DNA of 64,000 nucleotides from an uncultured Gammaproteobacteria bacterium (GTDB lineage Bacteria; Patescibacteriota; Patescibacteriia; UBA1558; S5-K13): NCBI GenBank assembly GCA_964486685.1, contig CAZAOE010000003.1, positions 5,306 to 69,305 of the forward strand, read 5' to 3'. Shown piece by piece: positions 1 to 9,273 of this stretch (position 1 is its first letter; each line of letters starts with the position of its first letter). The notes under the pieces were generated by a model. It saw only the letters and a program-made list of their open reading frames with translations, ran no database searches and was not told where the DNA came from. The position numbers and the translations under genes were made by a program.

Positions 1-341
1 TACTGAAGATATAAAAAATAATTTAACCCCTCGACAAGCTCTTTAACCCCTCGACAAGCTCGTGGTCTGCGACAATTTACCCCAACACCTTTTTTGAAAT
101 GAATTATATTAAAAATTATTATTTTTCAAAAAATATTATGAAATTAAAACATTATATTTTTTGACAAAAAGGTGGGGGGTTTAGCAATATAACAATTTAA
201 CAATATGAAAATTTTTATCACTGGCGGCGCCTACCTTCGCTACTTCCTTCGCTAAAGCTCCGGAGGTCAAGAAAGCTACGGAAGTCAAGAAAGCTACGGC
301 AAGACTTAATTTTAATATCAAAATATAATAATAAACAATAT

Positions 342-1367
342 ATGACGAAAAATAACAAAACTAAAATTTTTATAACTGGCGGGGCCGGCTTTATCGGCAC
401 CAATTTCATCTTATATATGATGGACAAATATCCTGATTATAAAATAGTTAATTTTGATAAATTAACTTACGCTGGAAATCTCAATAATTTAAAAGCAGTG
501 GAAAACAATCCTAATTATGTTTTTGTAAAAGGGGATATTTGTAATGAAAATGAAGTTAAAAAAGCAATGGCTGGCTGTGATTGGATAATTCATTTTGCTG
601 CAGAATCGCATGTGGACAGATCTATAATGGACCCAGACACTTTTGTACAAACAAATGTTTTGGGGACTAATGTACTTTTAAGAAATGCCAAAGAATTGGG
701 CATTAAAAGATTTCATCATATTTCTACGGATGAAGTTTTCGGTGAATTAGGACCAAAGGGTAAATTCAACGAAAAAACTCTTTATGATCCTAGAAGTCCG
801 TATTCGGCCTCTAAGGCCTCGGCTGACCATTTAGTCCGGGCCTATTATCATACTTTTAATTTGCCAATAACAATTTCTAATTGCTCTAATAATTATGGAC
901 CATATCAATTCCCAGAAAAATTTATTCCCTTATTTGCTACTAATTTAATTGAAAACAAAAAAGTACCTTTATATGGAGAGGGCTTGAATGTTCGAGATTG
1001 GATTCATGTTGATGACCACTCTCGCGCCTTAGATTTAATTCTCCATCAAGGCAAAGTGGGGGAGACCTATTGCGTAGGCGGAGATGCAGAAAAAACTAAT
1101 TTAGAAATTACTAATTTAATTTTAGAATATTTTAGTAAAGGCAAAGAAATGATTGAAAAAGTTACTGACCGCCAGGGTCATGACTTTCGTTATGCTATAG
1201 ATTTTTCTAAAATTAAAAATGAACTTGGTTGGCAACCAGAAGTAAATTTTGAAGAGGGCCTAAAACAAACCTTAAGATGGTATCAAGATCATCAGGACTG
1301 GTGGAAACAGATTAAATCTGGAGAATATGAAAAATATTATGAAGAGCAATATATAAATAGAAAATAA
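342..1367 (+). CDS. rfbB: dTDP-glucose 4,6-dehydratase
   Basis: 341 aa; N-terminal Rossmann motif TGGAGFIG; SDR catalytic YxxxK (YSASKASADH); overall RmlB-like. Confidence 0.9.
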   Translation: MTKNNKTKIFITGGAGFIGTNFILYMMDKYPDYKIVNFDKLTYAGNLNNLKAVENNPNYVFVKGDICNENEVKKAMAGCDWIIHFAAESHVDRSIMDPDTFVQTNVLGTNVLLRNAKELGIKRFHHISTDEVFGELGPKGKFNEKTLYDPRSPYSASKASADHLVRAYYHTFNLPITISNCSNNYGPYQFPEKFIPLFATNLIENKKVPLYGEGLNVRDWIHVDDHSRALDLILHQGKVGETYCVGGDAEKTNLEITNLILEYFSKGKEMIEKVTDRQGHDFRYAIDFSKIKNELGWQPEVNFEEGLKQTLRWYQDHQDWWKQIKSGEYEKYYEEQYINRK

Positions 1368-1387
1368 CAATTACCAATTAACAATTT

Positions 1388-1458
1388 TCACCCCCTCTCA
1401 TTCTCCCCCTAAATTAGGGGGAGGTGTCTCGGAGAGACAGAGGGGGTTGAGGGGGTGA
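1388..1458. repeat. GC-rich nested palindrome (family A): TCACCCCCTC...GAGGGGGTGA outer stem, inner CTCCCCCT-AAATT-AGGGGGAG and TGTCTC-GGA-GAGACA hairpins
   Basis: perfect 10-bp outer inverted repeat read directly; sits between rfbB and rfbD. Confidence 0.8.
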
Positions 1459-1503
1459 AAATTAATAATATAGATAGAGCCACAAACAAAATCTACAAAA
1501 TTT

Positions 1504-2352
1504 ATGTCTAAAAATCTCAAAATCCTCATCACTGGTGCTCAAGGTATGCTTGGCAAAGATATGGCTGAAGCATTTTTAGATTATCAACCAATTTTATATG
1601 ACCGAGAAAAATTAGATTTAACTGACTTTAATAAAGTTAAAAAAGAACTAAATAAAATAAAACCCGCCTTAATAATAAATTGTGCTGGCTATACTGATGT
1701 GGAAAAAGCCGAGGAACAAGAAGATTTAGTTAATTTAATTAATGGCCAAGTGGTCGGCACTTTAGCCAGTATTTGCAAAGATTTAAATATTATTTTAGTT
1801 CATATTAGTACTGAATATGTTTTTGATGGTAAAAAAGAGGATGGTTATGATGAAAATGACCAGACCAACTCCCAAAATGCCTACGGTAGATCCAAGGCTC
1901 TGGGTGAAAAATTATTAATAGAAAATTGTCAAAAATATTATTTAATTAGAACTTCTTGGCTTTATGGACATCATTCACAAAAAGGCAAGGTCCGCGGAAT
2001 CAATTTTGTAGACAAAATGATTGAATTAGCCGAAGGAAGAGAGGAGTTAGATTTAGTAAATGATCAATTTTCTAAACCCACTTATACTAAAGATTTAACT
2101 CAAGCTATTAAAAAATTAATAAAGGAAAAATATGACTTTGGCATTTACCATTTAGTTAATAAACCGCAAACCACTCCCTATGAATTTGCTCAAGAGATAT
2201 TTAAAATAAAAAAGATTGATATTAAAACCAACCCTATCTCTTATCAAGATTATCCTTCAAAAGTTAATCGACCCATCAATGCTGTTTTAAACAATACTAA
2301 ATTTCCAAAACTTCGCTCTTGGAAAAAAGCTTTACAAGATTATTTAAAATAA
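1504..2352 (+). CDS. rfbD: dTDP-4-dehydrorhamnose reductase
   Basis: 282 aa; ILITGAQGMLG Rossmann motif; RmlD-like length and layout. Confidence 0.85.
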   Translation: MSKNLKILITGAQGMLGKDMAEAFLDYQPILYDREKLDLTDFNKVKKELNKIKPALIINCAGYTDVEKAEEQEDLVNLINGQVVGTLASICKDLNIILVHISTEYVFDGKKEDGYDENDQTNSQNAYGRSKALGEKLLIENCQKYYLIRTSWLYGHHSQKGKVRGINFVDKMIELAEGREELDLVNDQFSKPTYTKDLTQAIKKLIKEKYDFGIYHLVNKPQTTPYEFAQEIFKIKKIDIKTNPISYQDYPSKVNRPINAVLNNTKFPKLRSWKKALQDYLK

Positions 2353-2403
2353 TGCTCCCGTTTTTTCCACTTACTAAGAAAAAATTAAGAGAGGTTTGTT
2401 ACC

Positions 2404-2560
2404 TACATTTTCTCCCCTTACCAAGGGGAGATATAGAGGGGTTAAAAATTAACAAAAACAATTCCTATAAAAGCCATAATATAACCTCCCCTTGTCCCTC
2501 CTTGACCTCACCCCGTATAAAGCGAAGCTTTTGTACGGGGGTAAGGAGGGGAAATTATAT
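2404..2560. repeat. cluster of GC-rich imperfect palindromes (CTCCCCTT-ACC-AAGGGGAG; CCTCCTT...AAGGAGG; CCCCGTATAAAGC-GAA-GCTTTTGTACGGGG)
   Basis: inverted repeats read directly; overlaps only an unsupported 88-aa ORF (2319-2585). Confidence 0.7.
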
Positions 2561-2604
2561 TAAAATCTCAGTAAAAAATATTTAAAAATTATTTAAATAA
2601 AAAA

Positions 2605-2626
2605 GCGCTGACCGTAGAATCAGCGC
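2605..2626. terminator. bidirectional hairpin GCGCTGACCGTAGAATCAGCGC between convergent rfbD and the 2640-3122 gene
   Basis: perfect 7-bp stem flanked by A/T runs. Confidence 0.6.
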
Positions 2627-2639
2627 ATATTCTAAAAAT

Positions 2640-3122
2640 TTAACTGGGCCAAAAGGTTATCGCCAGCATAGTTCCAGAAATTAACAAGACCTTTAATATT
2701 AAAAAGGGGATTAAAAAACAACTCTTCAATTCGCTATCACTATTACCAGCAGCAACAATACCAGCGGCAATAACACCAACGGCAATAACACCAACGGTGG
2801 CAATGGCAATAACACCAACAATCCTAACACCAGCAACAATAGCAGTAGCAACTGCGGCAATAGCGGCAGCGATAACAACACCCGCGGTAACAACACCAAC
2901 TGCGGCAATAGCAACAAAACCAGCAAGAGCAACAACACCAGCAGCAACAACACCAGTGGCCACGGCAGTAGCAACAACAGCAAGAGATGCAGCACCAGTA
3001 GCCTCATATCGTTCTGCTCCAGTTAGTCCCCAGCCACCCTGAAGAGAAAAAACAGAGATAAATACAGTAATAGCTGTAATGATCATTATTATTTCCCATT
3101 TAAATAATCTTTTTTTATTCAT
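2640..3122 (-). CDS. hypothetical low-complexity Ala/Val/Gly/Ile/Thr-rich hydrophobic protein with N-terminal TM/signal anchor
   Basis: 160 aa; perfect AGGAGG 7 nt upstream of ATG (minus strand); DNA built from GCAATAACACCAAC-type repeats; locally GC-rich. Confidence 0.5.
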   Translation of the reverse strand: MNKKRLFKWEIIMIITAITVFISVFSLQGGWGLTGAERYEATGAASLAVVATAVATGVVAAGVVALAGFVAIAAVGVVTAGVVIAAAIAAVATAIVAGVRIVGVIAIATVGVIAVGVIAAGIVAAGNSDSELKSCFLIPFLILKVLLISGTMLAITFWPS

Positions 3123-3186
3123 TTCTGTCCTCCTGTTTATTTAAATTATTTTTTATTACCATAAATTTACGCTTAATCTTATTTTT

Positions 3187-3210
3187 TGTCAAATCTGAAA
3201 ATTTGACAAA
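3187..3210. promoter_or_regulatory. perfect palindrome TTGTCAAAT-CTGAAA-ATTTGACAA (two opposed TTGACA boxes) upstream of the 2640-3122 gene
   Basis: 9-bp perfect inverted arms read directly; candidate operator overlapping the promoter. Confidence 0.5.
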
Positions 3211-3383
3211 TATGTATATATGTACTAATGTATAAAGTTTTAACTTGCCAAAAAATATTATTGTGTTAAGATAGATGGACAATTTATAATTTTCATTTCT
3301 CAATTTTTATTAAATTATCAATTTAAAATTGAGTCATTAAAAATTCAATTTAAATTTATAATTTATAATTTAAAATTAATCCT

Positions 3384-4382
3384 ATGAAGGGTGTTATATT
3401 AGCCGGTGGAACTGGCTCACGCTTAGATCCATTAACCAAAGTAACCAATAAACATTTATTGCCGGTTTATAATAAACCGATGATTTATTATCCAATTGAA
3501 TCTCTAATTAATGCTGGTATTAAAGATATTATGATTGTGTCTGGCAAAGGACATGCTGGAGATTTTTTAGAATTATTGGGCTCAGGACAAAAATTTGGAG
3601 CAAGTTTTTCCTATGCCGTACAAGAGGAAGCCGGTGGAATTGCTCAGGCCCTGGGCTTAGCTGAAAACTTCGTGGACAATGAAAAGGTGGTGGTTTATCT
3701 AGGAGATAATATTTTACAAGATGATATTGGTCCAGCCATAGAAGAATTTAAAAAGGTTACCATGGGCGCCAGAATTTTTCTAAAAAAAGTTAAAAACCCC
3801 CATGCTTATGGTGTCGCTCAAATTAAAGAAAATAAAATCACTAAGGTTGTTGAAAAACCCCAAGAATTTATCAGTGACTTAGCGGTTGTCGGCGTATATA
3901 TGTATGATAATCAGGTTTGGGATATTATTAAAACTTTAAAACCCTCTGGCCGAGGGGAATTGGAAATTACTGATGTAAATAATTTCTATGTCCAACAAGA
4001 TACCATGAAATATACTATCTTAAAAGGATGGTGGGGTGATTGTGGTGAATCAATAGATACTTGGTTAGAGGCTAATAATTTGGTAGCTCAAAATAATAAT
4101 CAACAAATTATTGAAGAATCTTCTCTGCAAATAATTAAAGACACAGCTCGTCAAGTCGTACAAGAGGCCATTAAAATAATCAAAACCGAAACCCCCCAAA
4201 TAGTGGCCGATGAATACAAAAATATAGAAGAAAAAACTGACCAAAAAAATACTTCCTCTTCAGAAGTAAAAAATATTTATCAAAAACCACTTTTAGATTT
4301 AAAAGAGGATGCTCCCAACATGGAAGATATGGAATTCCCAATCGAAAAAGAAACTTCTCTAGAAGATTATTATGCTGAATAA
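3384..4382 (+). CDS. rmlA: glucose-1-phosphate thymidylyltransferase-like sugar nucleotidyltransferase with ~90-aa acidic C-terminal extension
   Basis: GVILAGGTGSRLDPLT signature; short-form RmlA core followed by low-complexity tail. Confidence 0.8.
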   Translation: MKGVILAGGTGSRLDPLTKVTNKHLLPVYNKPMIYYPIESLINAGIKDIMIVSGKGHAGDFLELLGSGQKFGASFSYAVQEEAGGIAQALGLAENFVDNEKVVVYLGDNILQDDIGPAIEEFKKVTMGARIFLKKVKNPHAYGVAQIKENKITKVVEKPQEFISDLAVVGVYMYDNQVWDIIKTLKPSGRGELEITDVNNFYVQQDTMKYTILKGWWGDCGESIDTWLEANNLVAQNNNQQIIEESSLQIIKDTARQVVQEAIKIIKTETPQIVADEYKNIEEKTDQKNTSSSEVKNIYQKPLLDLKEDAPNMEDMEFPIEKETSLEDYYAE

Positions 4383-4384
4383 AA

Positions 4385-5713
4385 TCATTGAATAGTTGTT
4401 TCTATTAGTCCAGTAGGGGTAATATGATAAAAAATATTACCTTTTTTGTTTTGCAAAAAATAATCTGAATTATATATACTATTTAAATTATAAATATTTT
4501 TTTTGTCTCTATTGTCAAGCTCTATGGCATAAAGCTTTTTATCAATAGTATAAAAAACATGATTATTGTTTCGGTGCCAAAAATAATTATCTATTGGCTG
4601 ACTAAATCTATTTACTAAAATTTCTTTTTTTTCAGCAAGATCATAAAACCAAATTTCCAAATTATTATTCATCAAAAGCATTCGATTATATAAATCCCAT
4701 TTAGCGTCTCTAACCTCTGCAATGGTTTTAACCAAATAATCTTCTAATAAATTAGGGTCAATTAAATATAAAATGTCATTATCTTTATCTAATAAACAAA
4801 TATAATCTTTATACGCTAAAATAAAACTATAATTATTAGAAATTTTATTTAAACTTAATAATTTTTCTGAGGTCTTATTTTTCAAATCAAATAAATACAA
4901 ATTATCTTGCTCCCCGTCATTTAAAACATAAAATAATTTATCTTTTTCTGGCTTATAAGATAAAACATTGTCAATATTTATTAATTGGAACTCTTGAGTG
5001 GATATTACAAAACTATAAATATTGTTTTCCAAATCTGAAAAATATATTAAATCAGAATTAAATTTATCCCATTTTAAATCATAAATAGAAAATCCTATAT
5101 AATCATTAATAGCTAATAAATCTTCATTCAAATAAACTGAAGAAATAAAATATTCTTTTCCTATTTTTAATAATATTTTCTGACTATTGGCTGACCACAA
5201 ACTATATTCTGGTTCGTCTATTTTTGTTTCAATATTAATAATCTGATTTTCTGACAAATCAAAAATATTAATATTGCCATTATCCAAATCATAAAATAAA
5301 AGTCGTTGTTTGTCGGGAGAAATTGAAAGTTCTTGAAAATTTCCTTCTTGAATAATTTCTGTTTCAAACTGATTATAAAAAAGAGAAATGTCTTCAATAA
5401 AAACAGTTTGACGCGGTTTAATTAAAAGGATCTTTTCCCAGGATTGATAATTTTCTTTCTCAATTCTAATTTTATATAAATCTGGTTTTAAATGAGTAAT
5501 TTCGCTAGGAGTAATATACTTACTTTCTTTATCATTTAAAAATATTTTTGCATCCCGAGGATAGGATTTAAGATACAAAACACTGGTCTTCTCAAATCTA
5601 TTTTTGGAAAAATTATAAGTATATCCCAAAGACAATAAAATAAAAAAAGACGAGGCGCCTAAAAAAATTAATATTGCCAAAAATAAATAAATTTTTCGAA
5701 CCCAATTTTTCAT
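4385..5713 (-). CDS. membrane-anchored hypothetical protein, possible PEGA domain plus beta-propeller-like repeats
   Basis: 442 aa; N-terminal TM; PEGA-like segment (YPRDAKIFLNDKESKYITPSEI...YKIRIEKENYQSWEK). Confidence 0.45.
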   Translation of the reverse strand: MKNWVRKIYLFLAILIFLGASSFFILLSLGYTYNFSKNRFEKTSVLYLKSYPRDAKIFLNDKESKYITPSEITHLKPDLYKIRIEKENYQSWEKILLIKPRQTVFIEDISLFYNQFETEIIQEGNFQELSISPDKQRLLFYDLDNGNINIFDLSENQIINIETKIDEPEYSLWSANSQKILLKIGKEYFISSVYLNEDLLAINDYIGFSIYDLKWDKFNSDLIYFSDLENNIYSFVISTQEFQLINIDNVLSYKPEKDKLFYVLNDGEQDNLYLFDLKNKTSEKLLSLNKISNNYSFILAYKDYICLLDKDNDILYLIDPNLLEDYLVKTIAEVRDAKWDLYNRMLLMNNNLEIWFYDLAEKKEILVNRFSQPIDNYFWHRNNNHVFYTIDKKLYAIELDNRDKKNIYNLNSIYNSDYFLQNKKGNIFYHITPTGLIETTIQ

Positions 5714-5875
5714 AAAATTAGTTAAAAGTTAAAAAGCTTCAAGTTACAAAATTTAGTTCAAAAATTAGAACCTTTAACTTACAAGTATCAACTTGAAACT
5801 ATTTATTTTTTCCTGTAGAATTGAGATATTAAATAAATCTAATATTAAACTTAAAATTACTAATTTAATAATAAT

Positions 5876-7129
5876 ATGTCTAGCTTTATTATTCAAGGCA
5901 AACCCAAGCTTCAGGGTGAAATTTCTGTTAAGGGCGCTAAAAATAATGCTTTAAAATTAATTCCGGCAGCTTTATTAACCTCGGAAAAGGTTATTTTACA
6001 TAATGTCCCAAATATTATTGATGTTAATCTAACCCTGGAATTGGCCAAAAGCCTAGGAGCAAAAATAGAAAAAATAGCTGAAAATTCCATATCTATTCAA
6101 GCTGAAAACATTGACTCCCAAAAAATTAATAATGAAATAGCTCGCAAAATACGAACTTCTTTAATGTTCATCGGTCCATTATTACACAGATGTGGAAAAA
6201 TTGAAATACCTCATCCCGGAGGATGTACTATTGGAAAAAGACCAATTAATTTTTTTATTGATTTTTTAAAAACATTAGGAGCTAAAATAGAATTAAAAAA
6301 TAATAATTATCAATTTATCAATCAGGGGCTTAAAGGTAATCGCTATATCTTTCCTAAAATCAGCCATACTGGAACTGAAAGCTTAATACTCACGGCCGTT
6401 TTAGCAGAGGGTCAAACTGAAATAATCAATGCTGCTTGCGAGCCAGAAGTTCAGGCCTTAGCTGATTTTCTAAATTTCATGGGAGCTAAAATTAAAGGAG
6501 CTGGTACGCCTCATATAATTATAACTGGGGTAAAAAAATTAAATGGAACTGAATTTTCTGTCATTCCTGATCGCATAGAAACCGGCAGTTTACTCTGTAT
6601 CGGTGTAGCCACTAAAAGCAATATAAAAATTACAAATTGTAATCCGCAAGACCTTGAAATACCTTTGAAAATTTTGCAACAAATGGGTGTGGAATTAGAA
6701 ATTGGAAAAGATTTTATTGAAATTAAAAAAATAAATAAACTCCAACCAGTTAATATCAGCACTCACGAATATCCTGGCTTTCCCACTGATTTACAATCTT
6801 GCTTTACGGTTTTATTAACTCAAGCTCAAGGCATGAGTTTAGTTCATGAAACAATTTATGAAAGCCGATTATTTTTTACTGACCTTTTGATAAGAATGGG
6901 AGCTAATTTAGTTTTATGCGACCCACATAGAGTAGTAATAAATGGACCTTCAAAATTAAGAGGAAAAAAAGTAGAAAGTCCAGACATCAGAGCTGGACTA
7001 GCCATGCTCATTGCTGGTTTAATGGCTGAAGACGAAACAGAAATAGGCAATATTGAACAAATTGACCGCGGTTATGAAAAAATAGATACCCGCTTAAATA
7101 AATTAGGAGCTAATATTAAAAGAATATAA
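5876..7129 (+). CDS. murA: UDP-N-acetylglucosamine 1-carboxyvinyltransferase
   Basis: 417 aa; KLQGEISVKGAKNNALK N-terminus and EPT fold length. Confidence 0.9.
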   Translation: MSSFIIQGKPKLQGEISVKGAKNNALKLIPAALLTSEKVILHNVPNIIDVNLTLELAKSLGAKIEKIAENSISIQAENIDSQKINNEIARKIRTSLMFIGPLLHRCGKIEIPHPGGCTIGKRPINFFIDFLKTLGAKIELKNNNYQFINQGLKGNRYIFPKISHTGTESLILTAVLAEGQTEIINAACEPEVQALADFLNFMGAKIKGAGTPHIIITGVKKLNGTEFSVIPDRIETGSLLCIGVATKSNIKITNCNPQDLEIPLKILQQMGVELEIGKDFIEIKKINKLQPVNISTHEYPGFPTDLQSCFTVLLTQAQGMSLVHETIYESRLFFTDLLIRMGANLVLCDPHRVVINGPSKLRGKKVESPDIRAGLAMLIAGLMAEDETEIGNIEQIDRGYEKIDTRLNKLGANIKRI

Positions 7130-7149
7130 TTAAAATACTAAATAAAATC

Positions 7150-8433
7150 ATGGATGAAAACATTTATTTGCAAAATAGAAACCAAAAAAGATTAGAAAAT
7201 AAAAAAACTACCCGCATAATCATTGTATCTCTACTGATAATTGTCAGTTTTTTTATCGGTATTATTATCGGTGTTTCTAATAGTGAAGAAATAAGTCCCA
7301 ATAATGAAGGCAGCGAGGTTTTAAATAAAAATAAGGTTCCAGAATCTTTAAATCAAAACGTGAATTTTAAACTATTTTGGCAAGTTTGGGATTTAATTAA
7401 AAATAATTATGTTGAGCCCGATATTAATGAAATAGAAATGTTTTATGGTGCTCAAGCCGGTCTAGTGGCTTCGTTATTAGATCCTTATTCTGTATTTTTA
7501 CCGCCAGAAATAGCCAAAGAATTTAGCGAAGAACTAAAAGGAAAATTTGAGGGCATTGGGGCTGAAATAGGAATTAAAAACAACCGTTTAACAATTATTG
7601 CTCCTTTACCAAATAGTCCAGCAGAGCAATCTGGTATTAAAGCCGGTGATAAAGTTATTGGTATAGATGGATTGGATACTGCTGGAATTTCTTTAAATCA
7701 AGCTGTTAATTTAATCCGGGGTGATAAGGGCACAGAAGTTATTTTAAGTGTTATACATCAAGATCAAAGCCAAGAAAACATTACTATTATCAGAGATGAA
7801 ATACAATATGCCAGTGTTGAATCAGAGATTGAGGAAGAAGAAATTAGTCAAAAAATAGCAGCCGAAAATATTGGTTATATAGAAATTAGCCATTTTAATG
7901 AAGATACTGAGGAATTATTTAATAAAAAAGTCAATGAACTTATTAGTCAAGGCGTTGATAGTATTATTTTAGATCTGAGAAATAATCCCGGCGGATTTTT
8001 AAGCACCGCCATATCAGTAGCCAGTGCCTGGGTAGAGGATGGGGTGATAGTTAAAGAAAAATTTAGAGATGATTCTAAAACCCAAAATTATTCTGCCCAA
8101 GGTTCAGCTAAATTAAAAGATAAAAAAACCGTTGTTTTGGTTAATGAAGGCTCGGCTTCGGCCTCAGAAATAGTAGCTGGCGCTTTGCAAGATTATGGTT
8201 TAGCTACTATTGTCGGAGAAAAAACTTTTGGCAAGGGTTCTGTTCAGGACTTAACTGAATTAAGCGATGGCTCTTCTGTAAAATTAACTATTGCCAAATG
8301 GCTTACTCCCAATAACAGAACCATAGATAAGGAAGGAATTACTCCGGACATAGAAATAGAATTAACTACTGAAGATTATAATAATGACCGTGACCCGCAA
8401 TTAGAAAAAGCTATTGAAATATTAAAACAATAA
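7150..8433 (+). CDS. ctpA: C-terminal processing peptidase, S41 family
   Basis: N-terminal TM, PDZ region, GASASEIVAGALQD...GEKTFGKGSVQ catalytic region. Confidence 0.85.
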   Translation: MDENIYLQNRNQKRLENKKTTRIIIVSLLIIVSFFIGIIIGVSNSEEISPNNEGSEVLNKNKVPESLNQNVNFKLFWQVWDLIKNNYVEPDINEIEMFYGAQAGLVASLLDPYSVFLPPEIAKEFSEELKGKFEGIGAEIGIKNNRLTIIAPLPNSPAEQSGIKAGDKVIGIDGLDTAGISLNQAVNLIRGDKGTEVILSVIHQDQSQENITIIRDEIQYASVESEIEEEEISQKIAAENIGYIEISHFNEDTEELFNKKVNELISQGVDSIILDLRNNPGGFLSTAISVASAWVEDGVIVKEKFRDDSKTQNYSAQGSAKLKDKKTVVLVNEGSASASEIVAGALQDYGLATIVGEKTFGKGSVQDLTELSDGSSVKLTIAKWLTPNNRTIDKEGITPDIEIELTTEDYNNDRDPQLEKAIEILKQ

Positions 8434-8434
8434 A

Positions 8435-8713
8435 ATGTTTATAGTGCACATTATAGCCAAAGGCCTGGTGCAGGGTGTTTTTTTTAGATGTTTGGTAAAA
8501 GAATATGCTCAAAAAAATAATATTGTAGGTACTGTGCAAAATTTATCTATTACTAATAAAGTAGAAATCTTTGCTCAAGCCACTGAAGATAAAATAAAAA
8601 ATTTTATCAATTGGCTTGAAAATAGTCCTGGATTATCTAAAATTAATAGAATTGAAATTTTAGAAGAAAAAGAAAATCCTCGTCAACAATACTATAGTTT
8701 CCGCATCCTTTAA
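8435..8713 (+). CDS. acyP: acylphosphatase
   Basis: 92 aa; VQGVFFR motif. Confidence 0.8.
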   Translation: MFIVHIIAKGLVQGVFFRCLVKEYAQKNNIVGTVQNLSITNKVEIFAQATEDKIKNFINWLENSPGLSKINRIEILEEKENPRQQYYSFRIL

Positions 8714-8757
8714 CTACCCCTCCTACAACCTAATAAGCTACAAACTAACCCCTAACC
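8714..8757. repeat. dispersed repeat family copy (CCTACAACCTAATAAGCTACAAACTAACCCC) abutting the rplI ATG
   Basis: near-identical to copies at 15254, 21484, 44706, 60941. Confidence 0.75.
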
Positions 8758-8759
8758 AT

Positions 8760-9200
8760 ATGAAAATAATATTTTTACAAGATACGCCTAGCGGTAAAAA
8801 AAACCAAATTAAAGATGTCTCCACTGGCTATGCTTTGAATTATTTAATCCCCAAAAAATTAGCTATCTTGGCTACTAAAGAAGAAATCAAAAAAATCCAG
8901 AATCAACAAGAGCAAATAACTCAAGAAGTTGAAAAAGGAAAAAGACAATCAGACAAAACCATTGATAAAATTAAATCTTTAAAAATTGAAATCAAAGCCA
9001 AAGCCAATCAAGAAGGGCATTTATTTGGTGGGGTTAGCAATGAAGATATCTGCAAAATTTTAAAAGAAAAACATAATTTAGATATTAGTAAAGAAGCCAT
9101 AGAACTAGCGCATCATATTAAAAAAATTGGAAAACATAATGTGCCAATAAAAATAAATAAACAAGAAACAGAATTAAAACTAATTATTAAAGCTGAGTAA
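8760..9200 (+). CDS. rplI: 50S ribosomal protein L9
   Basis: MKIIFLQD...GYALNYLIPKKLA N-terminal domain. Confidence 0.85.
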   Translation: MKIIFLQDTPSGKKNQIKDVSTGYALNYLIPKKLAILATKEEIKKIQNQQEQITQEVEKGKRQSDKTIDKIKSLKIEIKAKANQEGHLFGGVSNEDICKILKEKHNLDISKEAIELAHHIKKIGKHNVPIKINKQETELKLIIKAE

Positions 9201-9273
9201 ATAATAAACTAAATTCAATTCTCGCTCTAATTCTCTAATTTCAAAATTAGCTACGGGATAAATATTTAACAGG

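Noticed and set aside
218-427. 69-aa minus-strand ORF overlapping the rfbB start
   Set aside because: Antisense to the rfbB N-terminus and the upstream tandem repeats; no support.
2319-2585. 88-aa ORF on + strand after rfbD
   Set aside because: Composed almost entirely of GC-rich palindromic repeat DNA (2404-2560); overlaps the rfbD stop region; no start context; translation is repeat-derived (PLPRGDIEG...).
2797-3042. 81-aa Ala/Thr/Pro-rich ORF on + strand opposite the 2640-3122 gene
   Set aside because: It is the mirror low-complexity translation of the minus-strand repeat gene. Only the minus-strand ORF has an SD, a TM-containing N-terminus and an upstream promoter or operator.
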